This document shows, one piece after another, positions 41,638 through 51,729 of a stretch of DNA of 64,000 nucleotides. The notes under the pieces were generated by a model. It was given only the letters and a program-made list of their open reading frames with translations, ran no database searches and had not been told where the DNA came from. Source of the stretch: Candidatus Kapaibacterium sp. (lineage in GTDB: Bacteria; Bacteroidota; Ignavibacteria; Kapaibacteriales; UBA2268); NCBI GenBank assembly GCA_963664875.1, contig OY761611.1:544001-608000 (forward strand), written 5' to 3'. Each line of letters begins with the position of its first letter. The first letter of the stretch is position 1. The position numbers and the translations under genes were made by a program.

Positions 41638-44519
41638 ATTTTTACTACCCTTAAAGTGTAGATATCATCAAAGCAAATCACTCTCAGAATATAAACTCCG
41701 GCAGGATATGCACTCATATCATATTTATTGTTTTGTAAAAATGAATCTATATATTTACCATTTGAATCATATACCTCAAAACGATAATTTTGATGTACCT
41801 CCGGGATTTTTAAAAATAAAATATCAGTAATAGGGGTGTTTACAACTGAAACCAATTTGTCTTCTTCATTTTGGTCAATAGAAACAGGCAAGTAATATTT
41901 TTCTGATAAAACACTACATCCATATTGGTCTTCAATTAGAACCTGATAAAAACCCTTTCCTCGTTTAAGTATTTTGAAAGAGTTCTCAGATTCCAATACT
42001 TCTTCGTTCAAAAACCATGTATATTTATATCCATCGCTTACAAGTAAAGAGTCATCTTTATCTTCAATAAATACTTGAGTTGGCAACTCTGATTTTTTAA
42101 CTTCTAAGGTATCCGAAAAACTTACACACAATAAATCATCTAATGAAACAAACCAATATTTCCCGGGTTCAGACACTTCGATAGAATCTGAAATTATTCC
42201 ATTTGACCATATAGTTTTACCGATTGTTAAATTTGATTTTAAGATTATGTTTGTATTAGGGCATACTACTGTATCGCCAAAGAGTCTAATATTCTCATTT
42301 TTACAAGTAGGTAACTGACAACTCCATGCTCCCATACCAAAGCTTGCTGCTATAAGTCTATCATTAAAAATATCAATATCAAGGTCAGTTATTATTAAGT
42401 TAGGTAGTTTTGAACCAAATCTTGTCCAACTATTATCATATTCAGCGCGATAATAAACTCCGACATCTGTAGCAGCAAAAAGAAAATCAATTTTGCCATG
42501 ATAGATTAGTAAATCATTGACCGGAAAATTTGGAAGTCCTTCTGATAAATTTGATATTTTTCCTGCTGAGTATTCTATTACTTTTAACGTATCGTTGTAT
42601 CCGGAAAAACCCACATATATTTTGTTTTTATGCAAACTGTCGGAAAGAATAGCACTAATAGCATAATCAGTGTTTTCCAAAATCCTTTCGGATTTCTCGG
42701 TTTCACAATCATATTCATACAGATTTGTTACTGTGGAATAAAACACCTTTGTCGAATCATATTTAGATATTTCAATTAGATTGATATTGTTTTCATCTTT
42801 GATTTCTGATATTTGTCGAAATGTCCATCCACCATCATCAGTTTTCCAGAGGTTCGAATAACCTATATACAGAGATGAAGAATTTATGCTGTTTATTTGA
42901 AAAGGTGTAACCCAGTCGGCTTGCTCTTCCACCATCTCAGGAGTCAAAACTACTTTGAAAGACTTTGCAAAATCAACCGTTTTATTAAGCACACCTTCGT
43001 TAGAGATGATATACCAAGTGCTAAAACTGGTAGGATCAACCTCGGAATACATGGCATCACCTCCAATTATATGAAACCAATTATACCATTTGTCTGTATG
43101 GTATGCACCATTATCCTGAGACCCACATAAAACAAGGTTTTCATAATTTTTTGCAACGAATATCTTGTAAATCTGTGAGATATTAAGTCCATTGCTTATA
43201 TCTTTCCAAGAATTACCGTTATCTTTTGATATATAAACCCCACCGTCATTTGCTGAATAGAGTACAGAATCAATAAATACTAAATCGTGCTGATCTGCAT
43301 GCATATAAGGAGTATCATCTTTTCCAATCCAATAATTTTTAATTTCCCAATTAGTGCCTCCGTCATTACTTTCCCAGACATGGATGCCTCCAACAAATAC
43401 AATGTCAGGATTATCGGGGTGCACCGTAATTGCTAAATCATAGTGAGCCTGCCCGCCATTGCTATTACCTTCAAAATCTCTACCCAAAATGTTAGGAATG
43501 CTATGTTTTTCTACCCAAGAGGCTCCATAATCAGTACTTTTATAAAATCCGGAAAGTCCGTTATTCTGTGCATCAACTCCAATTAAATAAAGTATTTCAG
43601 GGTTAGATTCGGACTGAGCTATTCTCATTCGTGATGAAGTCGGAAAAACCTTAATTGTGTCCCATTCCAGACCTCCATTTATAGACTTTATGAAAGAAGA
43701 ACCTCCATTTTTTTTGTAGTCAACTGCATATATCAGATTCTGATCCTTATTACTCCTTATCATATTTCTAACGAAACCCGAATAAACTTTTTCCCAAGTT
43801 TCACAGGTATCTTCTGATAGATATATGCCTTTTGATGAAGAAAATAAGATTTGTGATGCATCTGAGTTTGATGATATATTAGTTATTATTCCCTGCTGAA
43901 AAGGTTGAAAATCAATTTCTGACTTGTGCCAAGTTTCGCCTTTGTTTTTTGAGTAATAAACGCCACTACTTACCGCACCTTGCATGAAGTAGCCGTTTGC
44001 ATCACCTGATGCTAAAAAGATATAGTCTGAATTATTCTTAGGAATGGAAATATCAGATATGCCGGGATATATCAAATTATCTACAGGTACATAAGTCCAT
44101 ATTGCACCTGCATCTTCAGATTTCCATAGTCCACCGGTTGCAGCTCCGACCCAAATTTTACCAGCATGGTTAGGATCCGGTTTTATCACATTTATCCTTC
44201 CTAATCCGGAAGATGGATATGTTAACTTGTTGACAGGCATTATAAAAGGACCTAATGATTCCCATTTTTCACCATGTGTTACTTCGGAAATTTGACTGAT
44301 TTGTGTTTCAATAATCCGTCCTTTTAACCGAGGCTTCCAAAAGGATTCCCATCTTTTGTATTGCTTACGTCCACGTCCTTTTTCATTTTTGAAAATATCA
44401 TATTTTTTTGAGTATTCTGTTGCTGTATTGGTAAACTCTAATTCTAGTTCCTGACTTTTAAGTTCTGAGCTAAAACAAAATAGCAAAAGAAATATATGTA
44501 TCATTACAATAGTTCGCAT
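41634..44519 (-). CDS. T9SS-secreted VPS10/BNR beta-propeller protein, paralog 3
   Basis: GAATGGLWKSEDAG, HADQH, QDNG, SFGMGAW, CTD YDSNGK..PAGVYIL..RVVKI; its stop overlaps the next start (ATGA). Confidence 0.88.
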   Translation of the reverse strand: MRTIVMIHIFLLLFCFSSELKSQELELEFTNTATEYSKKYDIFKNEKGRGRKQYKRWESFWKPRLKGRIIETQISQISEVTHGEKWESLGPFIMPVNKLTYPSSGLGRINVIKPDPNHAGKIWVGAATGGLWKSEDAGAIWTYVPVDNLIYPGISDISIPKNNSDYIFLASGDANGYFMQGAVSSGVYYSKNKGETWHKSEIDFQPFQQGIITNISSNSDASQILFSSSKGIYLSEDTCETWEKVYSGFVRNMIRSNKDQNLIYAVDYKKNGGSSFIKSINGGLEWDTIKVFPTSSRMRIAQSESNPEILYLIGVDAQNNGLSGFYKSTDYGASWVEKHSIPNILGRDFEGNSNGGQAHYDLAITVHPDNPDIVFVGGIHVWESNDGGTNWEIKNYWIGKDDTPYMHADQHDLVFIDSVLYSANDGGVYISKDNGNSWKDISNGLNISQIYKIFVAKNYENLVLCGSQDNGAYHTDKWYNWFHIIGGDAMYSEVDPTSFSTWYIISNEGVLNKTVDFAKSFKVVLTPEMVEEQADWVTPFQINSINSSSLYIGYSNLWKTDDGGWTFRQISEIKDENNINLIEISKYDSTKVFYSTVTNLYEYDCETEKSERILENTDYAISAILSDSLHKNKIYVGFSGYNDTLKVIEYSAGKISNLSEGLPNFPVNDLLIYHGKIDFLFAATDVGVYYRAEYDNSWTRFGSKLPNLIITDLDIDIFNDRLIAASFGMGAWSCQLPTCKNENIRLFGDTVVCPNTNIILKSNLTIGKTIWSNGIISDSIEVSEPGKYWFVSLDDLLCVSFSDTLEVKKSELPTQVFIEDKDDSLLVSDGYKYTWFLNEEVLESENSFKILKRGKGFYQVLIEDQYGCSVLSEKYYLPVSIDQNEEDKLVSVVNTPITDILFLKIPEVHQNYRFEVYDSNGKYIDSFLQNNKYDMSAYPAGVYILRVICFDDIYTLRVVKI

Positions 44520-44563
44520 TCGACCAACCTATTTACTAATCAACAATATCGCAGAGTAAATAG

Positions 44564-47500
44564 TTAGTCCGTCAATATCACTTTCCTATAAAATTGCTTA
44601 TTTTGTAAGTTTACAACCAAAAAGTACATGCCGGGAGATATTCTATTTACATCTATATTAAAATAATAAAGATTTTCGTTTTTTGTTACAGCAAATTCGA
44701 TTCTTTTTCCCGAATTATCCAAAAGATATATCTCGACTCCGACATCAATGGCAGAATAGACTGAATATTCAGCACTTCCTTTGATAGGATTTTCGCCACT
44801 AATTTTTAGCCATGTACTTGCATCATCAGAAATATTCTGATTAAACAGTTTTTCTGTATTTATAATAATTTTCTTTTCTGCTATTCTACTTAATTTCGAT
44901 TTTATAGTGTAAAAAGATTTTATTTGTAAGGAATTAGTCGTTACTGTACTTGTAGATTTTGGACTCAAAACAAATTTTAACTCTTCTGTGCTATTTTTAA
45001 ACTTAGGCTGATATATCCTTATAAGCAAGCCACTTTCTGCGTTTTTAATTTCATAATTTTTCGATAGAGTCTCAAGCATTTCTTGCACAATACTAATATC
45101 ATACATTTCTGTATCGTATGAAAGTTCTATTGAAAGAGTATCAATATGTGTGAAATAACTATTGTCAACTAACACCATAGCACTTAGGTAATGAGGGGCA
45201 TAACTGTCAATTTGTAAAGTATCATCAGCTTGTATAATTGCATCATAGACATAATCTTTGGGGATTGATCCTATGAGTAATATGGTATCTTGATATTCCT
45301 TTGGTGCTGAGCACTTAAATATCATTCGACAAGTGTCAGTAATAAAATTATTCGTATAAGAAACCGAAAACGAACTCTCTACATCTAAGTCTATTGGAAA
45401 AGTTGGAATTTCCGAGAAAGAAAAATTGTTGTTATCAAAGGATACACCTTCAACGGTAATATAATTATTCTTGTTCAACAATATATCCTTGAATTCAATC
45501 TCTAATGGCTTTGCCTCAAAATAGACCACTTTCGAAGGAGACAGCATTGGTTTATTCAAATAAAAATGCAAATTTGCTTCTGATTGGGTGTTGCAATAAT
45601 GATTGTTGATTTTTAGCTTATAGATGCCGTTTTGTGCCATAGTTAAATCAATCATAAAATCGAAAAATATACTATCATTTTTATATTCTTTCGAAATAAG
45701 CTTCATGGAATTTGGAACTTCAACATGTAAATGCCCTATTAAATCCGGATCATTTAAAGCAACTCCGATGGTTTTGGTTACTTGAGTTGCAACTTCATCG
45801 AAAAGATAGAAACTATAATCCTGCTGCAAGTCAAATGCAATCTGATGGATTTTAATATCAATCTCTTTTGTTAAACCACAAAACAGCTCTTCAAATAACA
45901 TTGAATTATTCTTTAGATATGCAAGGTCAGAATTTAATTCCAATATAGTATCTCTTCCGGCAGGAATTGTAACATCAAAAGTTTGACCTAAAACTATTCC
46001 TTTTATACCCTCTGAAGAAAAAGAAATCGGTACTATTCCTCTATTTTTTAATTTGAATTTGAGAAGTTTATTATCTTCTGTCCCGCACACATAAATGCTC
46101 TCGTCTTCCGATTCAATTTCATAATCAGATTTAGAATATGATATATAAATTACTATGTCAGTTTTAGCTATGCAGGTATTATTCTTATAAGCTTTAATTG
46201 TTACAATGTCTGAGTATTCGCCGTTGTATTCATTGATTGGGTCGTATTTTAGAGACAATTTGCCTTTAAGAGTGTTGGAAACATTCATTGTATCTGCACC
46301 GTTAGCGAATTGCATTTCATGCAATCCATTTTTCGAGACAGCTTTTAAAGTAGCCGATTCAATATTTTTCAGATTGAAATCTATCTCATGCATAACAGGC
46401 AAACATGAATTTACAGTCCCGAAATTATACTCACTATTTTGTGTTAGTATTCGAGGAGCATGGTAATCGTTATACCCTTTGATAGTATATTTGTGCCAGT
46501 TGTCGCAATCGTCAATATATTCTAAATCTGCAAAAGTAGTATCAGCATCGGGATTTGGATTGAAATATTTAATTTCGCATTGAATTAGCGAATCCTTCAT
46601 TAGTAAAAAAGGCAAATCTTCATTGATTTTGAATGTAAATGGTTCGTCGATATAAAAGCTTTGATCATTTATTAGTACATCTGTATTAGATATATTTTTG
46701 AACCAAAATATGAGTCTTGAATTGTTTGGTATTACCATTTTTTGTTCTGATGAAAGGAGAAATATATTCTTTTCTCTCAAAGAAAGAATCGGAGTTGTCC
46801 ATATTTCGTTTTCATCGTTATCAAAGACTTTGCAGTAATAATTCCCTGTACTGTTTACTGTGATTTTATAGCTTTCGCTCGTCATTGTGTTATTTTTATA
46901 CCATCTAAACTTATAATCTGTAGCTTGAGACTCAATTTTTAGAGTGTAATCTATTTTTTCACATGTATAGATAATGGTATCGTTTTCAGCAATAACATCA
47001 TTTATTTTAAATGCAATATTTTCTTCGGTAATCTCTATAGTATCACTTTGAGCTAAAACAGTACCACTGTTGGAATACACTATGCTATAATATTTTCCTG
47101 CCGTTATGACGAAGTAAATATCTGTAGAATCAGCACATTTTTGATGATTGTCATAATTATACCATGATGTAATATGCTCACCATCGTACTTGACTTTAAG
47201 AATTATTGGTTTCGAATTTACAATTTTTTTAGTCTCATATACAATGTCAATATTCTTTATGTATTCTCGACAATCTATTGTTTCAATATTATTTTGTAGC
47301 AACGCATAGCTGTATCCTAAACCTGTATCAACATGATAAGAACTATCAACAGGAAAAGAATAAGGAACTATTTTATATAAATAAACAGATGATTCCAAAT
47401 TGTTTTTTACATTTAAATAGTTGCTATTGACTCCCACATTATCTGCGACAAGCTCCCATTCGCCTATTTTATCCCCAATTGAATATTTTGTGCCGTGTAT

Positions 47501-48364
47501 AGGATTAACGAATGTATATGATTTGATAACATCTCTTAGGCTTCTTAAGACTAAATACCCGTACCTATTTTCATAAGCATCTTTAGTTTGAATTTTTGAC
47601 CAACTTAGTTTGATGCTGTCAGCACTTATAGATTTGCTAATACTAAAATTATTAAATTTTGGCTGTTTGAGTTCATACCAGAAGTAAGCATTTTGCGAAT
47701 AACCGGCGGCATTGATATTAGCATATCCACAAGATGGATTTTCAGATGCTATAACATAGTTTAAATATTCCGAGCAATATTGTTCAATTGATTGACCGGG
47801 ATACAAAGATAGTGACTTATATAATGACAATGATTTAGAGTAGTGTATTTTTGGCTGAGGCAGCAAATTATATATTTCTTCATTACCGAATCCATGCCCT
47901 ACAGCATGGACATGATTTTTCCCTTTATCTAAAATCTGAAGTAGATACGAATCTAGATTAATTTCAGTAGAAAAAGCCAGAGATTTATCGACAATAAGCT
48001 TGTTATCAACAGGTTCGCAAAAAGATCTGTTCTTTGCAGATATCTGAATTATGCCTTCATCTTCGAGATTCTTATAAGATTCCGGCAAATTGTCAAAATA
48101 TATGATAACACATGTACCAGCCTTTAATTTATTCCAAATATTAGAATAAGTGAGCCTGATACCGGTTTCCCACTTTCCATTCTGTGCTTCTCTTATGTAG
48201 TATCCTCGCAAATCAGTATAGTCAGCAGTTACTAATAATTCTACCCAAGCAGATTCATTATTGAATGAAGCTTTGTATTCGTTGATAACAAACTCTTGAG
48301 AGGAAGATATATTCAAGCAAAAAATAGACAACAATAAAATCATGTACCAATATTTCATAAGCAT
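44564..48364 (-). CDS. Large T9SS-secreted multi-Ig-domain protein with lamin-tail-like N-terminus
   Basis: FVINEY..WVELL..DLRGY (LTD-like), FN3/Ig-like repeats, CTD NPI..LDNSGK..PGMYFL..RKVIL. Confidence 0.75.
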   Translation of the reverse strand: MLMKYWYMILLLSIFCLNISSSQEFVINEYKASFNNESAWVELLVTADYTDLRGYYIREAQNGKWETGIRLTYSNIWNKLKAGTCVIIYFDNLPESYKNLEDEGIIQISAKNRSFCEPVDNKLIVDKSLAFSTEINLDSYLLQILDKGKNHVHAVGHGFGNEEIYNLLPQPKIHYSKSLSLYKSLSLYPGQSIEQYCSEYLNYVIASENPSCGYANINAAGYSQNAYFWYELKQPKFNNFSISKSISADSIKLSWSKIQTKDAYENRYGYLVLRSLRDVIKSYTFVNPIHGTKYSIGDKIGEWELVADNVGVNSNYLNVKNNLESSVYLYKIVPYSFPVDSSYHVDTGLGYSYALLQNNIETIDCREYIKNIDIVYETKKIVNSKPIILKVKYDGEHITSWYNYDNHQKCADSTDIYFVITAGKYYSIVYSNSGTVLAQSDTIEITEENIAFKINDVIAENDTIIYTCEKIDYTLKIESQATDYKFRWYKNNTMTSESYKITVNSTGNYYCKVFDNDENEIWTTPILSLREKNIFLLSSEQKMVIPNNSRLIFWFKNISNTDVLINDQSFYIDEPFTFKINEDLPFLLMKDSLIQCEIKYFNPNPDADTTFADLEYIDDCDNWHKYTIKGYNDYHAPRILTQNSEYNFGTVNSCLPVMHEIDFNLKNIESATLKAVSKNGLHEMQFANGADTMNVSNTLKGKLSLKYDPINEYNGEYSDIVTIKAYKNNTCIAKTDIVIYISYSKSDYEIESEDESIYVCGTEDNKLLKFKLKNRGIVPISFSSEGIKGIVLGQTFDVTIPAGRDTILELNSDLAYLKNNSMLFEELFCGLTKEIDIKIHQIAFDLQQDYSFYLFDEVATQVTKTIGVALNDPDLIGHLHVEVPNSMKLISKEYKNDSIFFDFMIDLTMAQNGIYKLKINNHYCNTQSEANLHFYLNKPMLSPSKVVYFEAKPLEIEFKDILLNKNNYITVEGVSFDNNNFSFSEIPTFPIDLDVESSFSVSYTNNFITDTCRMIFKCSAPKEYQDTILLIGSIPKDYVYDAIIQADDTLQIDSYAPHYLSAMVLVDNSYFTHIDTLSIELSYDTEMYDISIVQEMLETLSKNYEIKNAESGLLIRIYQPKFKNSTEELKFVLSPKSTSTVTTNSLQIKSFYTIKSKLSRIAEKKIIINTEKLFNQNISDDASTWLKISGENPIKGSAEYSVYSAIDVGVEIYLLDNSGKRIEFAVTKNENLYYFNIDVNRISPGMYFLVVNLQNKQFYRKVILTD

Positions 48365-48517
48365 CCTGCTATATATTTTTCTAACATTATATCTCTATAT
48401 CATTATAATCATTTTTTTCAAGAAAATAAACTGATATTTTGATATAAAGAATAATATAGATAGTTTTTATTGCTTTATTATTATCTGTATTGTAATCATT
48501 TTATATGTTTATATTGC

Positions 48518-48552
48518 AAAAAAAAGCAAGTAGAATATTAACTACTTGCTTT
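48518..48552 (-). terminator. Intrinsic terminator after buk
   Basis: aaagcaagtag...ctacttgcttt with an A-run on +. Confidence 0.8.
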
Positions 48553-48577
48553 ATAAATCAATTACAGATAGAGGATA

Positions 48578-49660
48578 TTATTTATATTCTTTGATTTCCT
48601 GCTCGCCGTTAAGCGCATAAAATACACCTTCTGTCAAAGCAAGCATTTCATCTTCACCCGGATATCTTTTCACAGGAGCAATGAAGCTCACTCTTTCTTC
48701 TATCCATTGACAAAATTCTTTAGCATAAGCGATACCGCCTGTTATCAAAATTGCATCAACGTTGCCTTTCAACACAGCACCACATTGACCAACTTCTTTT
48801 GCTACCTGATAAGCCATAGCTTTAAATATTTCAGAATATTTCGTGTCACCTTCAGCATGTTTATCTTCTACAACTCGAGCGTCGTTTGTTCCAAGATAAG
48901 CCACAAATCCGCCTTTGCCGGTAATCATCTTTTTAACTTCGTGAAGCTGGTATTTACCTGAAAAACAAAGTTTAGTCAACTGACCTGCAGGCAAACCGCC
49001 GGATCTTTCCGGTGAAAAAGGTCCGTCTCCGTCAAGTCCGTTATTCACATCTATTACTCTGCCTTTTTCATGAGCACCGACAGTAATACCGCCACCAAGA
49101 TGCACTACAATTAAGTTTAAGTTTTCGTATTTAGTATTATTTTCTCTTGCGAATCTTCTTGCTACAGCTTTCTGATTTAGTGCATGAAAAATACTGATAC
49201 GAGGCACTTCAGGATGACCGGAAAATCTTGCGATATCATCGAGTTCATCAACTACAACTGGATCTACGATGAATGCGTCAACTTTTTTGTCTGATATATT
49301 TTCGATTTCGTTTGCAATCTGTCGTGCTAATATACCACCAAGATTAGAAGCATGTTCACCAAGTACTCCGGTTTTCAAATCTGCAAGCATTGTTTCATTT
49401 ACTTTATAAACTCCACCCGGAATTGGTTTTAAAAGACCTCCTCTTCCTACTACATAATCTATATCTTCAAGTTTATAACCTTGTTCTTTTAAAGATGTTA
49501 TGATTATTTTTTTTCTGAATTCATATTGCTCAAAAATAGAAGAATAGTTTGCCAATTCTTCTACGCTATGCCGCAAAGTTTTGGTAAAAACCTCATTTAT
49601 ATCTTCAAAAAGAGCAATTTTAGTAGAAGTCGATCCGGGATTGATAGAAAATATCTTCAT
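48578..49660 (-). CDS. buk: Butyrate (branched-chain carboxylate) kinase
   Basis: INPGSTSTK, GRGGLL, HASNLG, DPVVVDE, FHALNQKA, HLGGG, PGEDE. Confidence 0.96.
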   Translation of the reverse strand: MKIFSINPGSTSTKIALFEDINEVFTKTLRHSVEELANYSSIFEQYEFRKKIIITSLKEQGYKLEDIDYVVGRGGLLKPIPGGVYKVNETMLADLKTGVLGEHASNLGGILARQIANEIENISDKKVDAFIVDPVVVDELDDIARFSGHPEVPRISIFHALNQKAVARRFARENNTKYENLNLIVVHLGGGITVGAHEKGRVIDVNNGLDGDGPFSPERSGGLPAGQLTKLCFSGKYQLHEVKKMITGKGGFVAYLGTNDARVVEDKHAEGDTKYSEIFKAMAYQVAKEVGQCGAVLKGNVDAILITGGIAYAKEFCQWIEERVSFIAPVKRYPGEDEMLALTEGVFYALNGEQEIKEYK

Positions 49661-49681
49661 TACAATAATTCTCCGTTTATA

Positions 49682-50578
49682 TTAATATGAAGCTGCAAGA
49701 GCTATTGACATCAATTTGCTTCTGTCAGAATCAGCCCTTGAAGTTAGAACTATAGGAGCAGACGCACCCAAAATTACAGCAGCTACAGAAGCACCTGCCA
49801 TATAAGTAAAGCATTTGTACAATACATTGCCTACTTCAATATTTGGAGCAAAAAGTAAATCAGCATCGCCTGCAACATCACTTACAATGCCTTTGTGTTC
49901 GGAAGCTTCTTTTGATACAGCATTGTCAAATGCTAAAGGTCCATCAATAATACAACCTTTAATCTGTCCTCTTTTATTCATCTGAGTCAACGCAGCAGCA
50001 TCTATCGTAGATGGCATTTTAGGATTGACTACCTCTACAGCACCTAAACATGCTACCTTAGGAGTTGGTACCCCTAATCTATGGTACATATCAATTGCAT
50101 TATTTATGATACCAACTTTTTCCTGTAAAGTTGGTTCGATGTTTTGAGCAGCATCAGTCAATCCGATTACTTTATGATAGTTCGGGGATTCAAAAAATCC
50201 GATATGGCTTAACAAAGCACCGCTTCTTAATCCAATTTCTTTATCTAAAATTGCTTTTAAAAAATCTGCTGTTGCGATTAAGCCTTTCATAAGGATTTGA
50301 GCTTGACCGTCTCTAACCAATTTTACTGCTATCTTAGCAGTATTTCTTACATTTTCTTCGTGAATGATTTCTACATCAGTCAAATCAAAACCGATTTTGT
50401 CAGCGATTGCTTTTATGTCAGCTTCGTTACCAACTAAAATAGGTTCCACGATTCCTTGTTTTTTAGCTTCTGCAACAGCTTGTAAAACCGGTTCGTCTGC
50501 TGCTGCTGTAACAGCAATCTTCTTTTTTGGCTTAGAAGCCGCAATTTCAATAAACGAATTTAGAGATTTTAATTCCAT
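49682..50578 (-). CDS. ptb: Phosphate butyryltransferase
   Basis: LMKGL..T, DGPLAFDNA, P.IEVGN, GASAPIVLTSRAD; adjacent to buk. Confidence 0.93.
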   Translation of the reverse strand: MELKSLNSFIEIAASKPKKKIAVTAAADEPVLQAVAEAKKQGIVEPILVGNEADIKAIADKIGFDLTDVEIIHEENVRNTAKIAVKLVRDGQAQILMKGLIATADFLKAILDKEIGLRSGALLSHIGFFESPNYHKVIGLTDAAQNIEPTLQEKVGIINNAIDMYHRLGVPTPKVACLGAVEVVNPKMPSTIDAAALTQMNKRGQIKGCIIDGPLAFDNAVSKEASEHKGIVSDVAGDADLLFAPNIEVGNVLYKCFTYMAGASVAAVILGASAPIVLTSRADSDRSKLMSIALAASY

Positions 50579-50629
50579 GTTTTGTAAGTCAGTATATGAA
50601 TAATATATCTATATCTATTTCTTTTTACA

Positions 50630-50637
50630 CAAATATA
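50630..50637 (-). promoter_or_regulatory. TAnnTTTG -7 element for ptb-buk
   Basis: Minus-strand TATATTTG 51 nt upstream of ptb, after the pta terminator. Confidence 0.5.
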
Positions 50638-50681
50638 GCAAAATCTATGTAACTCCAATAGTAAAAGGTAATTATTAAAAC

Positions 50682-50716
50682 AAAAAAAGCGGGAAATCAT
50701 AACGAAACCCCGCTTT
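50682..50716 (-). terminator. Intrinsic terminator after pta
   Basis: aaagcggg...cccgcttt with an A7 run on +. Confidence 0.75.
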
Positions 50717-50732
50717 ATTGTTAGATATATAC

Positions 50733-51713
50733 CTAAGCCATCAGAGAGCAAATTGCTGCAACATTTATCATGTCGTCAGTGCTGCAACCTCTTGATAAGT
50801 CACAATATGGCTTCTTTAAGCCTTGAACGATTGGACCTACTGCTTCAGCACCAGCCAAACGTTGCGTTAGCTTGTAACCTATATTTCCGGCATTCAGATC
50901 AGGGAATATCAAAACATTTGCATTACCTGCAACTTTTGAACCCGGGAATTTCTTTTCGCCTATTGCCGGTACTAATGCTGCATCTAACTGCATTTCACCG
51001 TCAGCAGGAATATGTGGTGCTTTTTCTTTAACTATTTTTGTAGCTTCCTGTACTTTCTCAACCAACTCATGAGCAGCACTACCATTTGTAGAAAATGATA
51101 ACATAGCTACTCGTGGAGCTTCACCAGTGATTGCCTGAAAATTAGTGGCAGAACTGATAGCAATATCAGCTAACTGTTTGTAATCAGGATTAGGATTGAC
51201 AGCACAGTCACCAAAACAAAGCATTTTATCAGGGAAAGTCATAATAAAAAAGCTACTTACAACAGAAATACCTTCTGCAACTCCAACTGTATGTATCGCT
51301 GAACGCATTACATCACCAGTTGAAGATACGTTGCCTGCAACACATACATCAATTTTTCCGGTTTCTAATAGTAAACCACCGAAATACAAAGGGTCTTTGA
51401 CTGCATCTGTTGCTTTTTCGATTGTCATACCTTTGTTTTTTCTTTTTTCGAAAAGTAAATCTGCAAATTCTGATACTAATTCAGATTCTTTAGGATTAAC
51501 TAACTCGATTCCGTTCAAATCTATATTATTTTTTTCTGCAATTGCTTCAATTTCAGAAATATTACCTAATAACATAGGACGAGCAATTTTTTCTTTCAAT
51601 AGAAAAGCTGATGCCTCTATGGATCTTATGTCGCTTCCATCAGGGAACACGACTTTTGCATTTTTAGATTTCGCTTTTGTGCGAACATCTGTAATAAATG
51701 GGTTAGTTGCCAT
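50733..51713 (-). CDS. pta: Phosphate acetyltransferase (short, class I)
   Basis: VSSFFIM, DCAVNPNP, AMLSFST.GS, DGEMQLDAA, FPDLNAGNIGYK, DLSRG. Confidence 0.96.
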   Translation of the reverse strand: MATNPFITDVRTKAKSKNAKVVFPDGSDIRSIEASAFLLKEKIARPMLLGNISEIEAIAEKNNIDLNGIELVNPKESELVSEFADLLFEKRKNKGMTIEKATDAVKDPLYFGGLLLETGKIDVCVAGNVSSTGDVMRSAIHTVGVAEGISVVSSFFIMTFPDKMLCFGDCAVNPNPDYKQLADIAISSATNFQAITGEAPRVAMLSFSTNGSAAHELVEKVQEATKIVKEKAPHIPADGEMQLDAALVPAIGEKKFPGSKVAGNANVLIFPDLNAGNIGYKLTQRLAGAEAVGPIVQGLKKPYCDLSRGCSTDDMINVAAICSLMA

Positions 51714-51729
51714 TATTTGCTCCTATGAA

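Noticed and set aside
35154-44519. Calling the propeller proteins GH74 xyloglucanases or sialidases
   Set aside because: Asp-box repeats are shared by many propellers, and I could not identify the family-specific catalytic residues.
50569-50751. 60-aa ORF bridging pta and ptb (possible leader peptide or frameshift fusion)
   Set aside because: It runs through a terminator and a promoter element; both flanking genes are complete.
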